Below are positions 55,051 through 64,000 of a stretch of 64,000 nt of DNA, piece by piece. Each line of letters begins with the position of its first letter. Within the stretch, counting starts at the first letter, position 1. Made by a program: the position numbers and the translations under genes. The DNA lies in the sequence record PV340851.1; one strand, written 5' to 3'. The notes beneath the pieces were generated by a model that was given only the letters and a program-made list of their open reading frames with translations, was not told the DNA's origin and did not search any database.

Positions 55051-55853
55051 TGTTAGGATCACACTTCTACAACGAAATTATTCGTAGAAATATTGTTGGG
55101 TTTGGAACCCTATTTAATAGTATCACCTTGAAGAAGGTAGATCCTAGTGATGGTTCTGTGCTAGAGGAAGAAAAAGTTCCACTAGCATATGGTCCCAAGA
55201 ATAAATTCCTGACCCGTCTGGAACAGAATCCAGATGTGTCACGTAAGGTTGCTATTACTGTGCCACGTCTCTACTTTGAGATGACAGGCATTGGGTATGA
55301 TCCTTCACGCAAGACATCTCCTATTCAAAAGTATAGAACTATTATACAGGACGATGGCACAGAAGTAAAGGAGCAATATGTTCCTGTACCATATAATATT
55401 GAGTTTGAACTTGGCATCATTGCCAAGAGTCAGGATGAAGGTCTGCAACTTCTAGAACAGATCCTACCTTACTTTCAACCAGCATTCAGTATTACTCTCA
55501 ACATGATTCCCGACATGGATGAGAAAAAGGATGTTGCTATTCAATTGAATAGTATCAACTATGATGATGCTTGGGATGATAATTTCCTTGAGCGTAGATA
55601 CATTACTTGGTCTCTAAATTTTACTGCCAAGTCTTACATCTATGGTCCTTTCGATCAGGCAAGTGTTATCAAGAAAGCAATTGTATACGAAGGTATTGGA
55701 GATTCTTCTGTACAAACCAGAAATACCAAACTTACCTATACACCAAGAGCTTTGGAAGACAAGAATAGCGATGGAAACATTGACGCACTCGATGATGCTC
55801 TCCTAAATGCAGGGGACGACTTTGGATTTAACGAAGGCATTGAAATCTTATGA
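55050..55853 (+). CDS. gp15: Tail terminator/sheath stabiliser gp15
   Basis: FYNE.IR..IVGFGTLFN, VPL.YGPK.KFL, PVPY...F.L, LEQILPYFQP motifs. Confidence 0.95.
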   Translation: MLGSHFYNEIIRRNIVGFGTLFNSITLKKVDPSDGSVLEEEKVPLAYGPKNKFLTRLEQNPDVSRKVAITVPRLYFEMTGIGYDPSRKTSPIQKYRTIIQDDGTEVKEQYVPVPYNIEFELGIIAKSQDEGLQLLEQILPYFQPAFSITLNMIPDMDEKKDVAIQLNSINYDDAWDDNFLERRYITWSLNFTAKSYIYGPFDQASVIKKAIVYEGIGDSSVQTRNTKLTYTPRALEDKNSDGNIDALDDALLNAGDDFGFNEGIEIL

Positions 55854-56266
55854 GCAAATTTGAAGATAACATGGAAGATATGTTCGACATTGAAGTTGAA
55901 ACAACTGAGATTGAACCATCTAAACCAGCACCACCTGAAGTCAAAGACGACCAGACAAAAGATTACGAATATACCAGAGGGTCTCTATACTCACTCATAG
56001 ACAAGGGCAGAGAGGCGCTAGACGGGGCGTTAGAGGTTGCTCAGGAGTCAGGGCACCCTAGAGCGTATGAAGTCGCTGTGAACGCCATGAAGCAGGTAGC
56101 AGACGCCACTGACAAACTCATCGATCTTCAGCAGAAAATGAAGAACCTTGAGTCACCCACGAAGAAAGAGACTAACAATACTACGAACAATCTATTTGTT
56201 GGTAGCACGGCAGACCTACAGAAAATGCTTAAACAAATAAATAAGAACGAAGAGAAAGGAGAGTGA
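55850..56266 (+). CDS. gp16: Terminase small subunit gp16
   Basis: DYEYTR..LY.LI.KG, HPRAYEVA, NN.FVGST..L motifs. Confidence 0.93.
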   Translation: MSKFEDNMEDMFDIEVETTEIEPSKPAPPEVKDDQTKDYEYTRGSLYSLIDKGREALDGALEVAQESGHPRAYEVAVNAMKQVADATDKLIDLQQKMKNLESPTKKETNNTTNNLFVGSTADLQKMLKQINKNEEKGE

Positions 56267-56508
56267 TGTTACTTAAAGTAAAAGGGACAGCAACAGATAT
56301 TGCCAGTAATCCCGTAGATCTAGACAGAGCAACAGTTTGTTCTGTAGTTAATATTCATACTGCTGCTGTGTTGATTGCTTTGGGTAACGGAGCTACTCTA
56401 TACATTGCTGCTGGTGAAAGAGTATTGATTGAGAAATTACCAGATGAAACAATCGATGCTCCTGGTCACTCAGCAACTGAAATCTGGGCAACATCAGTAG
56501 GATACTAA
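56266..56508 (+). CDS. Hypothetical protein (80 aa)
   Basis: TGATG overlap with the gp16 stop; beta-rich. Confidence 0.75.
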   Translation: MLLKVKGTATDIASNPVDLDRATVCSVVNIHTAAVLIALGNGATLYIAAGERVLIEKLPDETIDAPGHSATEIWATSVGY

Positions 56509-56509
56509 A

Positions 56510-57307
56510 ATGGCACAGTGGAACAAGGATGCTCAAGCATACAGAGCACAGGACACAACAAACTTTGAGGTAGTGATGATTGCCGATGAAGACGGCAACC
56601 CCATCAACTCATTTGGTGCTGCTTCTAATATCCCTATTGCTGGCGGACAGATTGCTGGATACAATTACGTCCATAAATTTGGTGCTAACACAGCATTAAA
56701 CAACCAATCTTATGAATCTATCTGGGATGGTAGTAATCTTTATCCTTGGGCGACTATGGATACTGCTGCTACTACACTAACTACAAATGCTGAAACTGGT
56801 AATAACGGAGCAGAGATTACTATTCAGGGATTGAATGAGAACTGGGAACTAACGACAGAAGTTCTCACCCTTGATGGCACAGCACAAACTACACAGAATT
56901 CATGGAAGCGTGTGTTCCGTGGTTTTGTTTCTGGATCACAAGCAATCACTGCTGACTTTACACTATCCAAAGGTGTTACAGTAGTTTTACAGATTGGCGT
57001 TGATTCTCAACAGACACTCATGTCTCTCTATACTGTTCCTGCTGGTAAGAGTGCTTATCTATTCAACTTGGATTGCACTACTCTAAAGAATGAAGAACTT
57101 ACAGTTAGAGTAAAAGCAAGATTGTTTGGTAAAGTATTTAGAACCAGACATATTTTCCAAGTTGCTGGTGTTCATTACAACCATACATTTACAGCACCAC
57201 TATACTTTCCAGAGAAAACTGATATTGAACTACAAGCAAAAGGTGGTTCTGCTGGTCTTGATGCTTATGCTCATTTTGATCTTATCCTAGTAGACAACGA
57301 GGTATAA
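56510..57307 (+). CDS. Hypothetical beta-rich protein (265 aa), probably virion-associated
   Basis: VHKFG.N....YESIWDG..LYPW motif recurrent in marine phage proteins. Confidence 0.8.
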   Translation: MAQWNKDAQAYRAQDTTNFEVVMIADEDGNPINSFGAASNIPIAGGQIAGYNYVHKFGANTALNNQSYESIWDGSNLYPWATMDTAATTLTTNAETGNNGAEITIQGLNENWELTTEVLTLDGTAQTTQNSWKRVFRGFVSGSQAITADFTLSKGVTVVLQIGVDSQQTLMSLYTVPAGKSAYLFNLDCTTLKNEELTVRVKARLFGKVFRTRHIFQVAGVHYNHTFTAPLYFPEKTDIELQAKGGSAGLDAYAHFDLILVDNEV

Positions 57308-57309
57308 AT

Positions 57310-57459
57310 ATGAAGTCGTTTAAACATCTAAGGGATGATGAGTGGTACAAGAAAATATCACAAGGAAAAAAGAACTATCCTCTCCCACTTTATGCTCCTT
57401 GGACTGCAGTAGTCGAAGGAAAGAAAGCATTTGATGACAAGTACAAGAAACGTAGCTAA
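57310..57459 (+). CDS. Small basic hypothetical protein (49 aa, YPLPLYAPW motif)
   Basis: Translated by hand; its ATG overlaps a TATAAATA at 57303-57310. Confidence 0.55.
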   Translation: MKSFKHLRDDEWYKKISQGKKNYPLPLYAPWTAVVEGKKAFDDKYKKRS

Positions 57460-57516
57460 TTGATACACTATTCCTACCTACATACACTATAATAACTACT
57501 GTAACTGGGTTACTGT

Positions 57517-57738
57517 ATGATAGGATTATACCTAACAGTTCTCATTGTTGTTTGCCTTATCGCCTATGGTGGTATGGAGGAGACAATGAGACTTTTTTAT
57601 TATGTAGATCTGAGATTAAGATTTATATGGATTCAGTTTAGAATGTTATTGATGCGCGAAAGATTAAAAAGAGATCTTAAAAAGCATCGACTCGAATACA
57701 AAAAACTATTCAAGGAAATAAAAGATGACCAACGATAG
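57517..57738 (+). CDS. Small membrane protein (73 aa)
   Basis: N-terminal hydrophobic helix followed by a basic tail. Confidence 0.7.
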   Translation: MIGLYLTVLIVVCLIAYGGMEETMRLFYYVDLRLRFIWIQFRMLLMRERLKRDLKKHRLEYKKLFKEIKDDQR

Positions 57739-58006
57739 AGAATTTTCTGATCTCAAAATTGAGAGAAAGGAATGTCCTAAATGTGGTGCTACTTGGATCA
57801 ACGGTGAACATCGATGGTCTGGTACTGGAGTGAGAGGCAGTGAGAAAGATCTTGCTAGTCTAATTTGTAACAAACTTGGAGATGCACAATGCATCAATCC
57901 CCAGAAAGGCGCTGAAGGTGGCGACACTTGGGAAAAACGTCTACAGGATCTCGAAACCTTTGCAGAAAAATATGGCAATGGCGAAGAGCAATGGTGGGAC
58001 AAATAA
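57725..58006 (+). CDS. Hypothetical protein (93 aa) with a CxxC...CxN Cys cluster
   Basis: CPKCGA.W.NG.H.W.GTG, LICN and CINP motifs. Confidence 0.75.
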   Translation: MTNDREFSDLKIERKECPKCGATWINGEHRWSGTGVRGSEKDLASLICNKLGDAQCINPQKGAEGGDTWEKRLQDLETFAEKYGNGEEQWWDK

Positions 58007-58025
58007 ATACTAGTGGTGAACTAGT
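58002..58025 (+). promoter_or_regulatory. Late promoter (AATAAATA) with an overlapping hairpin, upstream of gp17
   Basis: AATAAATA at 58002-58009; ACTAGT-ggtga-ACTAGT at 58009-58025. Confidence 0.7.
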
Positions 58026-58030
58026 TTCTT

Positions 58031-59683
58031 ATGGCATCCGATCAGATCTACCTTGGTAATCCGCTTCTAAAAAAAGCGAACGTCCCTATTAACTTTACCA
58101 AGGAACAAGTACAAGAATTTATTAAATGTAAAGAAGATCCAGTCTACTTTACAAAGACATATGTTCAGATTGTTTCTCTGGACGAAGGTCTGGTGCCATT
58201 CAAGATGTGGGACTTTCAAGAAGAACTAATCAAGAAGTTCCACCACAATAGATTTAACATTGCGAAACTACCACGACAGACTGGTAAGTCTACTACGGTG
58301 GTTTCGTATCTTTTGCACTACCTAATTTTTAATGACAACGTTAACGTAGGTATCCTAGCAAACAAAGCATCAACTGCTAGAGACCTTCTAGCACGTTTGG
58401 CTACAGCATATGAAAACTTGCCCAAGTGGATCCAGCAGGGCGTGGTAGTATGGAACAAAGGAAACATTGAGTTAGAAAATGGCAGTAAGATATTGGCAGC
58501 TTCTACGTCTGCAAGTGCTGTGCGAGGTATGTCGTTCAACATCATCTTTCTCGACGAGTTCGCGTTCGTGCCAAATCACATCGCTGAGTCGTTCTTTGCA
58601 TCTGTTTATCCTACTATTACTTCTGGTAAAAGCACCAAAGTAATTATCATCTCTACCCCACAGGGCATGAACCACTTCTATAAGATGTGGACTGATGCTG
58701 TTAATGGAAGGAATGGATATACTTTTCACGAAGTACACTGGTCACAAGTCCCAGGAAGAGACGCTAAGTGGAAAGAAGAAACTATCAAGAATACAAGTGA
58801 ACGACAGTTCACTCAGGAATTTGAATGTGAATTCCTAGGGTCTGTTGACACACTTATTGCAGCATCTAAGCTACGTGCTCTAACCTTTGAGACACCTCAA
58901 ATTCAGAATAAAGGACTGGACATTTATGAAAAACCAAAGGACAAATCTGAATACCTTATTACTGTTGATGTTAGCAGGGGCGTTGGCGGAGACTATTCTG
59001 CTTTTATTGTTTTCGACATTACTACAGTTCCCTACCGCATAGTTGCGAAGTACAGAAACAATGAAATTAAAGCAATGTTGTTCCCGAACGTGATCAACGA
59101 TGTTGCTAGATCATATAACAATTCTTGGGTTTTGTGTGAAGTAAATGACATTGGAGATCAGGTTGCCTCTATTCTAAATTATGATCTTGAATATCCTAAC
59201 GTACTCATGTGTGCAATGCGAGGACGTGCGGGACAAATTGTTGGACAGGGATTTTCTGGTAACAAGACGCAACTAGGCGTCAAGATGAGTGTGACAGTTA
59301 AGAAGATTGGTTGCGCTAACCTCAAAAACATTGTTGAGGATGACAAACTTATCTTTAATGACTACGAAATTATATCAGAACTAACTACGTTTATTCAGAA
59401 AAAGCAATCATTTGAAGCTGACGAAGGTTTCCATGATGACCTAGTAATGTGTATGGTCATCTTTGCATGGTTGGTTCAGCAAGAATACTTTAAGGAGTTG
59501 ACAGACAATGACATCCGAAAACGAATCTACGAAGATCAAAGAAACCAGATTGAGCAGGACATGGCTCCATTTGGATTTATTACTACAGGTCTTGAGGGTG
59601 ACGAAGGTTTTGTAGCAGAAGGATCTCTCTGGGAATATGGAGATACCCAAGAGGATGTTTCTTATATGTGGGAGTTCAGATAA
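58031..59683 (+). CDS. gp17: Terminase large subunit gp17
   Basis: YLGNP.LKKANV, Walker A PRQTGKST, Walker B IIFLDEFAFV, ISTP.G.NHFY, nuclease VDVSRG.GGDYSA and HDDLVM motifs. Confidence 0.98.
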   Translation: MASDQIYLGNPLLKKANVPINFTKEQVQEFIKCKEDPVYFTKTYVQIVSLDEGLVPFKMWDFQEELIKKFHHNRFNIAKLPRQTGKSTTVVSYLLHYLIFNDNVNVGILANKASTARDLLARLATAYENLPKWIQQGVVVWNKGNIELENGSKILAASTSASAVRGMSFNIIFLDEFAFVPNHIAESFFASVYPTITSGKSTKVIIISTPQGMNHFYKMWTDAVNGRNGYTFHEVHWSQVPGRDAKWKEETIKNTSERQFTQEFECEFLGSVDTLIAASKLRALTFETPQIQNKGLDIYEKPKDKSEYLITVDVSRGVGGDYSAFIVFDITTVPYRIVAKYRNNEIKAMLFPNVINDVARSYNNSWVLCEVNDIGDQVASILNYDLEYPNVLMCAMRGRAGQIVGQGFSGNKTQLGVKMSVTVKKIGCANLKNIVEDDKLIFNDYEIISELTTFIQKKQSFEADEGFHDDLVMCMVIFAWLVQQEYFKELTDNDIRKRIYEDQRNQIEQDMAPFGFITTGLEGDEGFVAEGSLWEYGDTQEDVSYMWEFR

Positions 59684-59910
59684 TGGATCTAGATGATCAG
59701 TTTAAATTTGATCACCTTTTTCTAACAGAAAGGAAATGTAGAACGTGTCACTATACAAAAAATTTATTAGATGACTTCTATTTAATAAGAAGAACTAGAG
59801 GAGACTTGCCATCTTCTTATTCATATGAGTGCAAAGAATGTACTATAAAACGTGTGATGAAGTCACGAAAGACTGACAGACTTACAGGAAATGATTACCC
59901 TGACTGGTAG
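59683..59910 (+). CDS. Small Zn-finger protein (75 aa)
   Basis: CRTC...CKEC with DFY and YSY between; TAATG overlap with the gp17 stop. Confidence 0.75.
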   Translation: MDLDDQFKFDHLFLTERKCRTCHYTKNLLDDFYLIRRTRGDLPSSYSYECKECTIKRVMKSRKTDRLTGNDYPDW

Positions 59911-59941
59911 GTTGTTCATGCATTGTTTCCCCACTCAAAGA

Positions 59942-59978
59942 GTTCAAAATTCTAAATAGTTTTAGATTAAATTTGAAC
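59942..59978 (+). promoter_or_regulatory. Late promoter (CTAAATA 59952-59958) inside an inverted repeat, upstream of gp18
   Basis: GTTCAAA..TCTAAA-tagt-TTTAGA..TTTGAAC; AGGAG RBS downstream. Confidence 0.75.
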
Positions 59979-59995
59979 ATACCAAGGAGTAAAAC

Positions 59996-61930
59996 ATGGC
60001 AAGTCAAGTCTCGCCTGGAATTGTAATTAGAGAGCGTGACCTTACCAATGCTGTCGTGACTGGTGTTCAGCAAATTCGTGCTGCTCACGTATCTTCTTTC
60101 GCTAAAGGACCCGTTGGTGAAATTGTTAACATCAATTCCCAAAAAGAACTAGTAACCGTATTCGGTGAACCATCCGATTCTAACGCAGAAGACTGGATGG
60201 TTGCTAACGAATTCCTGAATTACGGTGGACGCCTCGCAGTCGTTCGTGCTGCATCTGGCGTCGATAACGCAACCACAGGTGCCGCTGGCATCCTAATCAG
60301 AACTGTTGATGACTGGAAAGCAGGCGCAGGCACTGGTGAAGTATTCGCTGCACGTACTGCAGGTTCCCACGGCAATGGTCTGATGGGTGTCCTGGTTGAC
60401 CGTGGTGCTGATTACATCATCACCCTCGCTGGCGCACCTAGCAACGTCACCGTTGCTGTTGGTGATACCGTAGCATTCTCTGGTGGTGTAAGTGGTAAGG
60501 TCGTTGATGCTGACGGTCTAAACCTAACCATCACTGCCGATGGCGCTTTGACTACTGGCAACACCCTCACCGATGGTGGCGATACCGTTGCACTGTCTGC
60601 AGTCAAAGACTGGTATCTAAACACAACTATCGGAAGCACTGGTATTAAACTAAGTGCAATCGCACCCCGTCCTGGCACCTCTGCTTATGCTGCAGATAAC
60701 GGCGCTGCAGATGACGAAATCCACTTTGCAGTTATTGACACCACTGGTGCTCTAACTGGTACTGCTAACACCATCGTTGAGAGACTAACATACCTCTCAA
60801 AACTATCTGATGGTAAGAGCAGCGAACTTGCTAACGTTTACTACAAGACCGTTATCAACGACGCTTCTTCTCACCTTTTCCATGGCAGCAGCATTTCTAC
60901 TGATGCTAACATGGCAGGCGCTGCATGGGATCAAACCGCTGCTGCTGCAGGTGGCGCACTAGCAAGATCTGGTGTATACAATGCACAACTGAGCCACGGT
61001 TCGGATGACTATGCATATGACACCAGCGAATTCGGCGCAGGTATGGATCTGTTCAACGACACCGAAGAGACCGATATCGATTTCGTTCTCATGGGTGGAT
61101 CCATGGCAAGTGAGACTGACACCAAGGCAAAAGCAACCAAGGTTATCGGTCTTGCTGCAGCAAGAAAGGATGCAATCGCATTCGTTTCTCCCCACAAAGG
61201 AAACCAGATTGTTGCTACTGGAAACGTTGCTCTAAGCAGCACTCAGCAGAAAGAAAACACACTGGCATTCTTCAGTGGAATGACATCTACTTCCTACGCT
61301 GTTCTTGATAGCGGTTACAAGTATATGTACGATCGCTGGAATGACAAGTATCGCTACATTCCTTGCAACGGTGACGTTGCTGGTCTGTGTGTTGCTACCT
61401 CTGCTTCCTTGGATGACTGGTACTCACCCGCAGGTCTAAACCGTGGTGGTATCCTCAACGCTGTCAAACTTGCTTACAATCCTAACAAGGCAGACAGAGA
61501 CGAACTGTACCAGAACCGCATCAACCCAATCACCTCCCTCCGTGGTCAGGGTATCACCCTGTTCGGTGACAAGACTGCTCTCGCATCTCCTTCTGCATTC
61601 GACCGTATCAACGTTCGTCGCCTCTTCCTCAACCTTGAGAAGAGAGCTCGCAGACTGGCAGAAGGCGTTCTCTTCGAGCAGAACGATGCAACCACAAGAG
61701 CTGGATTCAGTGCAGCACTCAACGGCTACCTCTCCGAGGTTCAGGCACGTAGAGGCGTCACCGATTATCTAGTTGTTTGTGATGAGACCAATAACACTGC
61801 TGAAGTTATTGATAGAAATGAGTTTGTTGCTGAGGTTTATGTAAAACCAACACGCTCTATTAACTACATCACCGTTACATTTACTGCTACTAAGTCTGGA
61901 GTATCCTTCAGTGAAGTAGTTGGTCGCTGA
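59996..61930 (+). CDS. gp18: Tail sheath protein gp18
   Basis: SPG.VIRERD, GPV.E, FLNYGG.L.VVR, DSGYKYMYDR.ND.YRYIPCNGD.AG, WYSPAG..RG, RINVRRLF motifs. Confidence 0.98.
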   Translation: MASQVSPGIVIRERDLTNAVVTGVQQIRAAHVSSFAKGPVGEIVNINSQKELVTVFGEPSDSNAEDWMVANEFLNYGGRLAVVRAASGVDNATTGAAGILIRTVDDWKAGAGTGEVFAARTAGSHGNGLMGVLVDRGADYIITLAGAPSNVTVAVGDTVAFSGGVSGKVVDADGLNLTITADGALTTGNTLTDGGDTVALSAVKDWYLNTTIGSTGIKLSAIAPRPGTSAYAADNGAADDEIHFAVIDTTGALTGTANTIVERLTYLSKLSDGKSSELANVYYKTVINDASSHLFHGSSISTDANMAGAAWDQTAAAAGGALARSGVYNAQLSHGSDDYAYDTSEFGAGMDLFNDTEETDIDFVLMGGSMASETDTKAKATKVIGLAAARKDAIAFVSPHKGNQIVATGNVALSSTQQKENTLAFFSGMTSTSYAVLDSGYKYMYDRWNDKYRYIPCNGDVAGLCVATSASLDDWYSPAGLNRGGILNAVKLAYNPNKADRDELYQNRINPITSLRGQGITLFGDKTALASPSAFDRINVRRLFLNLEKRARRLAEGVLFEQNDATTRAGFSAALNGYLSEVQARRGVTDYLVVCDETNNTAEVIDRNEFVAEVYVKPTRSINYITVTFTATKSGVSFSEVVGR

Positions 61931-61972
61931 TTCTAAGTCCATCATAAACACAACCGAGGTTAAAAGAAACAA

Positions 61973-62587
61973 ATGGCAACGAAACTAAGCAACTTTATTT
62001 CCGATATTGGGCAAGGCGTAAAGCCCAATATGTTTATTGTCGATATCGCTTTCCCAAGCGAGGTCGCTGGTGCTGCTGATGACGCTGATATGGTCAACTT
62101 GCTTTGCAAGTCGGCGGCACTTCCTGCATCCAACTTGGGTGTAATCGAAGTTCCTTTCCGTGGTAGAACAGTTAAGATCGCTGGTGACCGCACGTTCGAT
62201 ACATGGACCGCAACCTTTGTCAACGACAAAGAAATGAAGATCCGTGCATACTTCGAGCAGTGGTTGGAGCAAATTAACACCCACGAAACGAACAACGCTC
62301 CTTTGTTCACACCAAGTCTGACTGATGGTTATGTACGTAACCTGAAGGTCAAGCAACTTGAGAAGAACTCTACCGAGTCTGGTTCTGTTCTGCGTCAGTA
62401 CGAACTGTACTATGCGTTCCCAACGAACGTTTCGCAGATCGACCTTGCTTATGACAGCAACGATCAGATCGAAGAGTTCACTGTTGAGTTCCAGTATTCC
62501 TACTGGAAGGTCAACACTGGCACCACCCAGAACGGAGCATCTGATGTCAAATCTGGCATCGGCGATTCGCGCCTAGTTGATAAGTGA
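61973..62587 (+). CDS. gp19: Tail tube protein gp19
   Basis: PN.F.V, LCKSA.LPAS, EVPFRGR.VKIAGDRTF..WT.T, AYDSND.IEEF.VEF.Y motifs. Confidence 0.98.
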   Translation: MATKLSNFISDIGQGVKPNMFIVDIAFPSEVAGAADDADMVNLLCKSAALPASNLGVIEVPFRGRTVKIAGDRTFDTWTATFVNDKEMKIRAYFEQWLEQINTHETNNAPLFTPSLTDGYVRNLKVKQLEKNSTESGSVLRQYELYYAFPTNVSQIDLAYDSNDQIEEFTVEFQYSYWKVNTGTTQNGASDVKSGIGDSRLVDK

Positions 62588-62614
62588 TAAATAGATCTAG
62601 GAATAGATCTGTTT
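62586..62614 (+). promoter_or_regulatory. Late promoter (GATAAATA) with an overlapping hairpin, upstream of gp20
   Basis: GATAAATA at 62586-62593; AAATAGATCT-aggaat-AGATCTGTTT at 62589-62614. Confidence 0.7.
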
Positions 62615-62621
62615 ACGACTG

Positions 62622-64000
62622 ATGAGTCAACTATTTGGTTTTATTATTAATAAGAAGGAGGGACAGCAAGGTCAGTCCCCTGTCCCTCCTAACAATGAGT
62701 CTTCAGTGTCTACTGTTGCAGGTGGATACTTTGGCACCTATGTTGACCAATCAGGTGGTCAAAATTCAAGAAACGAATACGAACTCATTCGCAGATATCG
62801 CGACATGTCACTCCACCCCGAGGTGGATTCGGCAATCGACGAAATCGTGAATGAGTTTGTTGTTAACGACAACGATGACAAACCAGTAGAAGTTGACCTA
62901 GCAAATCTAGAGGTCGGCGCTGGTGTCAAGAATAAGATCCGCAAGGAATTTGATCATATCCTGCGAATGATGGATTTCAATGTGAATGCACATGAGATCA
63001 TTCGCAACTGGTATGTCGATGGCAGATGTCACTACCATAAAGTAATTGATCTGGAGTCTCCAAAGAAAGGTATCCTGGAACTGAGATACATTGATTCTCT
63101 AAAGATCAGAAAAGTTAGACAAAAATTAAAAGATACTAGTCCCGATAGAAAGGAAGCAGAGAAAGGATCTGCGCTTCAGTATGACTACGGCGACTTCATC
63201 GAGTTCTATATTTACAACCCCAAAGGTTTTGCTGGTAACCTACCTATGGTTACTGGTTCTATGGACTGGTCCAACTCGGAAGGTATTAAGATTGCTGCTG
63301 ATGCTATCGCACAATCTACTTCAGGTCTAATGGATCTGAACAAAAAGATGAACTTGAGTTTCCTACACAAGGCAATCAAGTCTCTCAATCAATTAAGAAT
63401 GATCGAAGACTCTCTGGTTATCTACAGATTGTCTCGCGCACCTGAGCGTCGCATCTTCTACATCGATGTTGGTAATCTGCCTAAGGTAAAAGCAGAACAA
63501 TACCTTCGTGATGTCATGGCACGTTATCGTAATAAGTTAGTTTACGATGGTCAGACTGGAGAAATTCGCGACGATAAAAAGCATATGAGTATGCTGGAAG
63601 ATTTCTGGTTGCCTCGTCGCGAGGGTGGACGTGGAACTGAGATCACAACTCTACCTGGCGGACAGAACCTTGGAGAACTAAAAGATGTTGAATACTTTAA
63701 AAAGAAACTTTACAACAGTCTCAATCTTCCTCCTTCTCGTCTTACTGACGATAATAAAGCTTTCAATCTTGGTAAATCTACTGAAATTCTACGTGATGAA
63801 CTGAAGTTCACTAAGTTCATTGGGCGTCTCCGCAAGAGATTCGCTCAACTGTTCCATGACATGTTGAAGACTCAACTGATTCTCAAGGGCATTATCACTC
63901 CCGAAGATTGGGATGATATGGAAGAGCATATTCAGTATGACTTCCTGTTCGACAATCATTTCAACGAACTGAAAGAGCAAGAGATGCAGATGCAACGCAT
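62622..64000 (+). CDS. gp20: Portal protein gp20 (5' part; runs off the window and is absent from the ORF track)
   Basis: Translated by hand: MSQLFGF..., LIRRYRDMSLHPEVDSAIDEIVNE, RNWYVDGR, LHKAIKSLNQLRMIEDSLVIYRLSRAPERRIFYIDVGNLP, EDFWLPRREGGRGTEI.TLPGG. Confidence 0.97.
   Translation, partial: MSQLFGFIINKKEGQQGQSPVPPNNESSVSTVAGGYFGTYVDQSGGQNSRNEYELIRRYRDMSLHPEVDSAIDEIVNEFVVNDNDDKPVEVDLANLEVGAGVKNKIRKEFDHILRMMDFNVNAHEIIRNWYVDGRCHYHKVIDLESPKKGILELRYIDSLKIRKVRQKLKDTSPDRKEAEKGSALQYDYGDFIEFYIYNPKGFAGNLPMVTGSMDWSNSEGIKIAADAIAQSTSGLMDLNKKMNLSFLHKAIKSLNQLRMIEDSLVIYRLSRAPERRIFYIDVGNLPKVKAEQYLRDVMARYRNKLVYDGQTGEIRDDKKHMSMLEDFWLPRREGGRGTEITTLPGGQNLGELKDVEYFKKKLYNSLNLPPSRLTDDNKAFNLGKSTEILRDELKFTKFIGRLRKRFAQLFHDMLKTQLILKGIITPEDWDDMEEHIQYDFLFDNHFNELKEQEMQMQR

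Noticed and set aside
57460-57493. Sigma70 promoter TTGATA...TATAAT
   Set aside because: The spacer is 22 nt, too long; only the -10 box is credible.
59683-59910. Active homing endonuclease
   Set aside because: Only 75 aa, with no HNH, GIY-YIG or EndoVII catalytic motif.
58031-61930. Intein or intron in the terminase or sheath genes
   Set aside because: Both ORFs are continuous, of ordinary length, and show no intein splice motifs or endonuclease insertions.
1-64000. tRNA, rRNA, integrase, transposase or photosynthesis auxiliary genes
   Set aside because: None recognised. Intergenic gaps are too short or lack cloverleaf motifs, and nothing indicates host chromosome or prophage context.

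Overview
The window is a contiguous, almost entirely plus-strand segment of a T4-like myovirus genome. Protein content and gene order match marine cyanomyoviruses (Kyanoviridae-type); the host is inferred, because no photosynthesis genes lie in this window. From left to right it contains: (1) an AT-rich stretch with interleaved inverted repeats and two small ORFs; (2) an early-type cassette of tiny ORFs (809-2644) preceded by six copies of a 7-8-7 dyad element upstream of -10 boxes, ending in an orphan HicA-like gene and a terminator; (3) late small genes including a PAAR-like spike-tip gene; (4) the baseplate block gp25-gp6-giant gp7-gp8, then a DUF4815/VrlC-like protein, a 1295-aa fibre-like protein with a putative type-1 copper site and a 3901-aa fibre/tailspike with nested repeats; (5) three tandem glycine-rich paralogues followed by a tightly coupled unit encoding a flavin-dependent halogenase and six Fe(II)/2OG- or cupin-type oxygenases; (6) neck, tail and packaging genes gp13-gp14-gp15-gp16-(inserts)-gp17-gp18-gp19-gp20, with gp20 truncated by the window end. 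T4-type late promoters (NATAAATA/CTAAATA) precede most structural units, and several sit inside hairpins. No rRNA, tRNA, CRISPR array, integrase or transposase was seen. The best candidate for an undescribed system is the late halogenase plus oxygenase unit next to the triplicated Gly-rich fibre-tip genes, which may be a virion-protein tailoring pathway. All family assignments come from motif recognition by eye; no database searches were run.
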